This document shows positions 48,980-51,040 of a stretch of 51,040 nucleotides of DNA, piece by piece. The translations under genes were made by a program, and so were the position numbers. The notes under the pieces are model-generated. The model ran no database searches, was not told the DNA's origin, and saw only the letters and a program-made list of their open reading frames with translations. Source of the stretch: Candidatus Dadabacteria bacterium (GTDB lineage Bacteria > Bdellovibrionota_C > UBA2361 > J046). The stretch covers positions 1 through 51,040 of the forward strand of contig RFHI01000259.1 of the NCBI GenBank assembly GCA_003696425.1, written 5' to 3'. The first letter of the stretch is position 1. The number at the start of each line of letters is the position of its first letter.

Positions 48980-49879
48980 TCAGTAAGTCGGCTGGTCAGA
49001 GGTATGTTTCCAGGCGTGATAAGAGCTGCGTACAAGCGGGCCTGATTCTACAAATTTAAAGCCGCGCTTTAGACCCTCCTCTTTATACAGCTCAAACTCT
49101 TCAGGGGTGATAAAAGCTTTTACCGGGAGTTGTCTTCCGGTAGGGCGAAGATACTGGCCGATGGTCATAATATCTACATTAGCCCAGCGCAAATCATCCT
49201 GAAGCTGCAAAACCTCTCTTGTTGTTTCACCTAATCCGACCATTATTCCGGATTTTGTCATGACAGAGGGATCAAGTTCTTTAGCCCATTTTAGAATTGC
49301 AAGCGAGCGAATATATCCCGAATATGGCCGTACTTTTCTGTAAAGACGGGGCACTGTTTCTACGTTGTGGTTGAGAATGTCAATACCGGATTCCATAATA
49401 ACTGCCAAATGTTCACGAGATCCGGCCATATCTCCAATTAAAAGCTCAATCCTGCAACCGGGCGCCTGATTTTTTATGGCCCGTACAGTCTGGGCCCAGT
49501 GTGCTGCGCCAAAATCAGGTAAATCATCACGGTCTACAGAAGTCACAACAACATGTTTAAGACCTAGTTTTCTAACCGCTGCACCGACTCTGGCAGGCTC
49601 AAGTGGATCCAGTGCAGGCATGCTGGTGGGGTCCCCCTTTTTTACGGAACAGAAATGGCAGCGGCGTGTACAGACGTCTCCCATTATCATAAAAGTTGCC
49701 GTAGAGTGTGCCCAGCATTCACCTATATTAGGGCAGTGGGCCTCTTCGCAGACAGTGTGCAGGCTAAGGCCTTTAACAATTTTTCTGGTTTCCATATAGT
49801 CAGGAGACCCGGGTGCCTTAACTTTCAGCCAGGGAGGTTTCTTGGGCTTTTTTTCACTGCGTGGAACTGTAATAGCCAT
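48980..49879 (-). CDS. lipA: Lipoyl synthase
   Basis: CEEAHCPNIGEC, radical-SAM CTRRCHFC, TSVDRDDL, RSSYHA. Confidence 0.98.
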   Translation of the reverse strand: MAITVPRSEKKPKKPPWLKVKAPGSPDYMETRKIVKGLSLHTVCEEAHCPNIGECWAHSTATFMIMGDVCTRRCHFCSVKKGDPTSMPALDPLEPARVGAAVRKLGLKHVVVTSVDRDDLPDFGAAHWAQTVRAIKNQAPGCRIELLIGDMAGSREHLAVIMESGIDILNHNVETVPRLYRKVRPYSGYIRSLAILKWAKELDPSVMTKSGIMVGLGETTREVLQLQDDLRWANVDIMTIGQYLRPTGRQLPVKAFITPEEFELYKEEGLKRGFKFVESGPLVRSSYHAWKHTSDQPTY

Positions 49880-49892
49880 TTTTTAAACCTCT

Positions 49893-51038
49893 TTAAATCA
49901 TTAGTAATGCCGGGTTTTCCAGCGCCATTTTAAAGTGCTTTAAAAACTGTGCTGACATAATACCGTCAATTATGCGGTGATCTACAGAGAGTGTAACCTT
50001 CATAACATTGCCAACCACGATCTGGCCGTTACGTACAATAGGCTTCTGACGGATACTGCTTACTGCCAGCACAGCGCCCTGGCCAGGATTAATGATGGCC
50101 GTAAAATTTTCGACATCAAACATACCCATATTGGAAATGCTAAAAGTTCCTCCTGACAGATCGGTTGAATTTGGCCTGCCTGCTCGGGCGCGTTCTACGG
50201 CTGCGCGCGCTTCAAATACCAAATCTTTAAATGGCAGCCGGTCAGCCTCTTTAATTACTGGTATTAGAAGACCATCTTCCAGGGCTGTAATTATGCCAAT
50301 ATTTATCTGGGCCGGCTGATAAATTTGGTTATCCCTGACAGCACGGTTAACGCGCGGTTCATGCTTCAGGCCATAGCCAGCTGCTTTAATTACAAAATGA
50401 TTAACACTCACTTTGCTGTAATCATCCTGCTCTTTTAAGATTTTTCTAAGCTCCAGAACAGCGCTCATCTCCACACTGGTAGTTGTATAAAAGTGTGGCG
50501 ATTCAGTAACGCTCTGCTGCATACGTTTTGCGATCGTTTCTCGCATTTTAGAAAAAGGTGTAAGCGATCCTGCAACAGTAGAAGCCGGGGCTTGAGCTCC
50601 TCGTGCTGAAGGTTGCGTTTCAGTCGATAACGGTTCGAATCTGTTAGTCGCTGCCAGCGGAGCTTCGCTTCTTGAGGAAATAGCGATCTCGACATCTTTT
50701 CTTACTATTCGTCCATTTGGGCCGCTCCCTTTTAGACTTTCAAGAGCAATGCCGTGTTGAGCAGCAAGCTTTTTTGCCAGGGGCGAAGCTTTAATACGAC
50801 CAGTTGTTGAATCAATATGGGCCACTTCTGCAGCAGGCTTTTTAGAAGCTTTTTGTTCTGCCTGTTCAGATGAGGACATAACTGACTTTTGTTTTTCTTC
50901 AGCATCTTTTGCAGCTCTGCGATCGGTTATACTGGCTGGGACTTCCTCACCAGGTTCACCGAGATAGGCGATAACTTGACCAACATCTGCTGTTTCATTT
51001 TCAGGCACAACGATTTTTAAGAGCGTTCCCTGGTTAAA
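49893..51038 (-). CDS. pdhC: Dihydrolipoamide acetyltransferase (PDH E2), 5' end beyond window
   Basis: End of lipoyl domain, E3-binding ASPLAKKLA...GSGPNGRI, GGTFSISNMG, AIINPGQ, DHRIIDG. Confidence 0.93.
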   Translation of the reverse strand, partial: FNQGTLLKIVVPENETADVGQVIAYLGEPGEEVPASITDRRAAKDAEEKQKSVMSSSEQAEQKASKKPAAEVAHIDSTTGRIKASPLAKKLAAQHGIALESLKGSGPNGRIVRKDVEIAISSRSEAPLAATNRFEPLSTETQPSARGAQAPASTVAGSLTPFSKMRETIAKRMQQSVTESPHFYTTTSVEMSAVLELRKILKEQDDYSKVSVNHFVIKAAGYGLKHEPRVNRAVRDNQIYQPAQINIGIITALEDGLLIPVIKEADRLPFKDLVFEARAAVERARAGRPNSTDLSGGTFSISNMGMFDVENFTAIINPGQGAVLAVSSIRQKPIVRNGQIVVGNVMKVTLSVDHRIIDGIMSAQFLKHFKMALENPALLMI

Positions 51039-51040
51039 AG

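Noticed and set aside
1-51040. CRISPR arrays, tRNA/rRNA, IS elements, integrases, prophage; also the many 60-180 aa ORFs overlapping real genes
   Set aside because: No spaced direct repeats, T-arm/CCA patterns or mobility genes were seen by eye. The overlapping ORFs are antisense or off-frame shadows of well-supported genes.

Overview
A 51 kb chromosomal window from a Gram-negative bacterium using the standard code 11. Gene content and order (acpP-nrdR-ribE-ribBA...ribH-nusB, ACIII) suggest a deltaproteobacterial/Bdellovibrionota-like lineage; this is inference only. Most of it is housekeeping: lon (partial), yceD, ssb, ribD, nadB, acetoacetate-CoA ligase, alternative complex III actABCDEF, rpmF-plsX-fabG-acpP, nrdR-ribE-ribBA, glyA, ribH-nusB, recJ, lipA and pdhC (partial), plus several GT-C-type membrane proteins. 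I found no tRNA, rRNA, CRISPR array, integrase or transposase. Best leads: (1) a ~250-nt multi-stem minus-strand RNA candidate at 10221-10472 that I cannot assign to a known family; (2) a 1900-aa single-chain TamB + ~6 POTRA + Omp85 barrel fusion predicted to span both membranes; (3) a DEDD 3'-5' exonuclease with an internally duplicated coiled-coil/'HPE' module, convergent with RecJ; (4) a degenerate PilB/GspE pseudo-ATPase fused to a receiver domain; (5) two GGA-loop hairpins resembling CsrA sites; (6) an NrdR-box-like palindrome over the nrdR-rib promoter; (7) a long Chlamydia-like GlyA inserted, inverted, into the rib operon. All calls were made by eye, without database searches or folding software.
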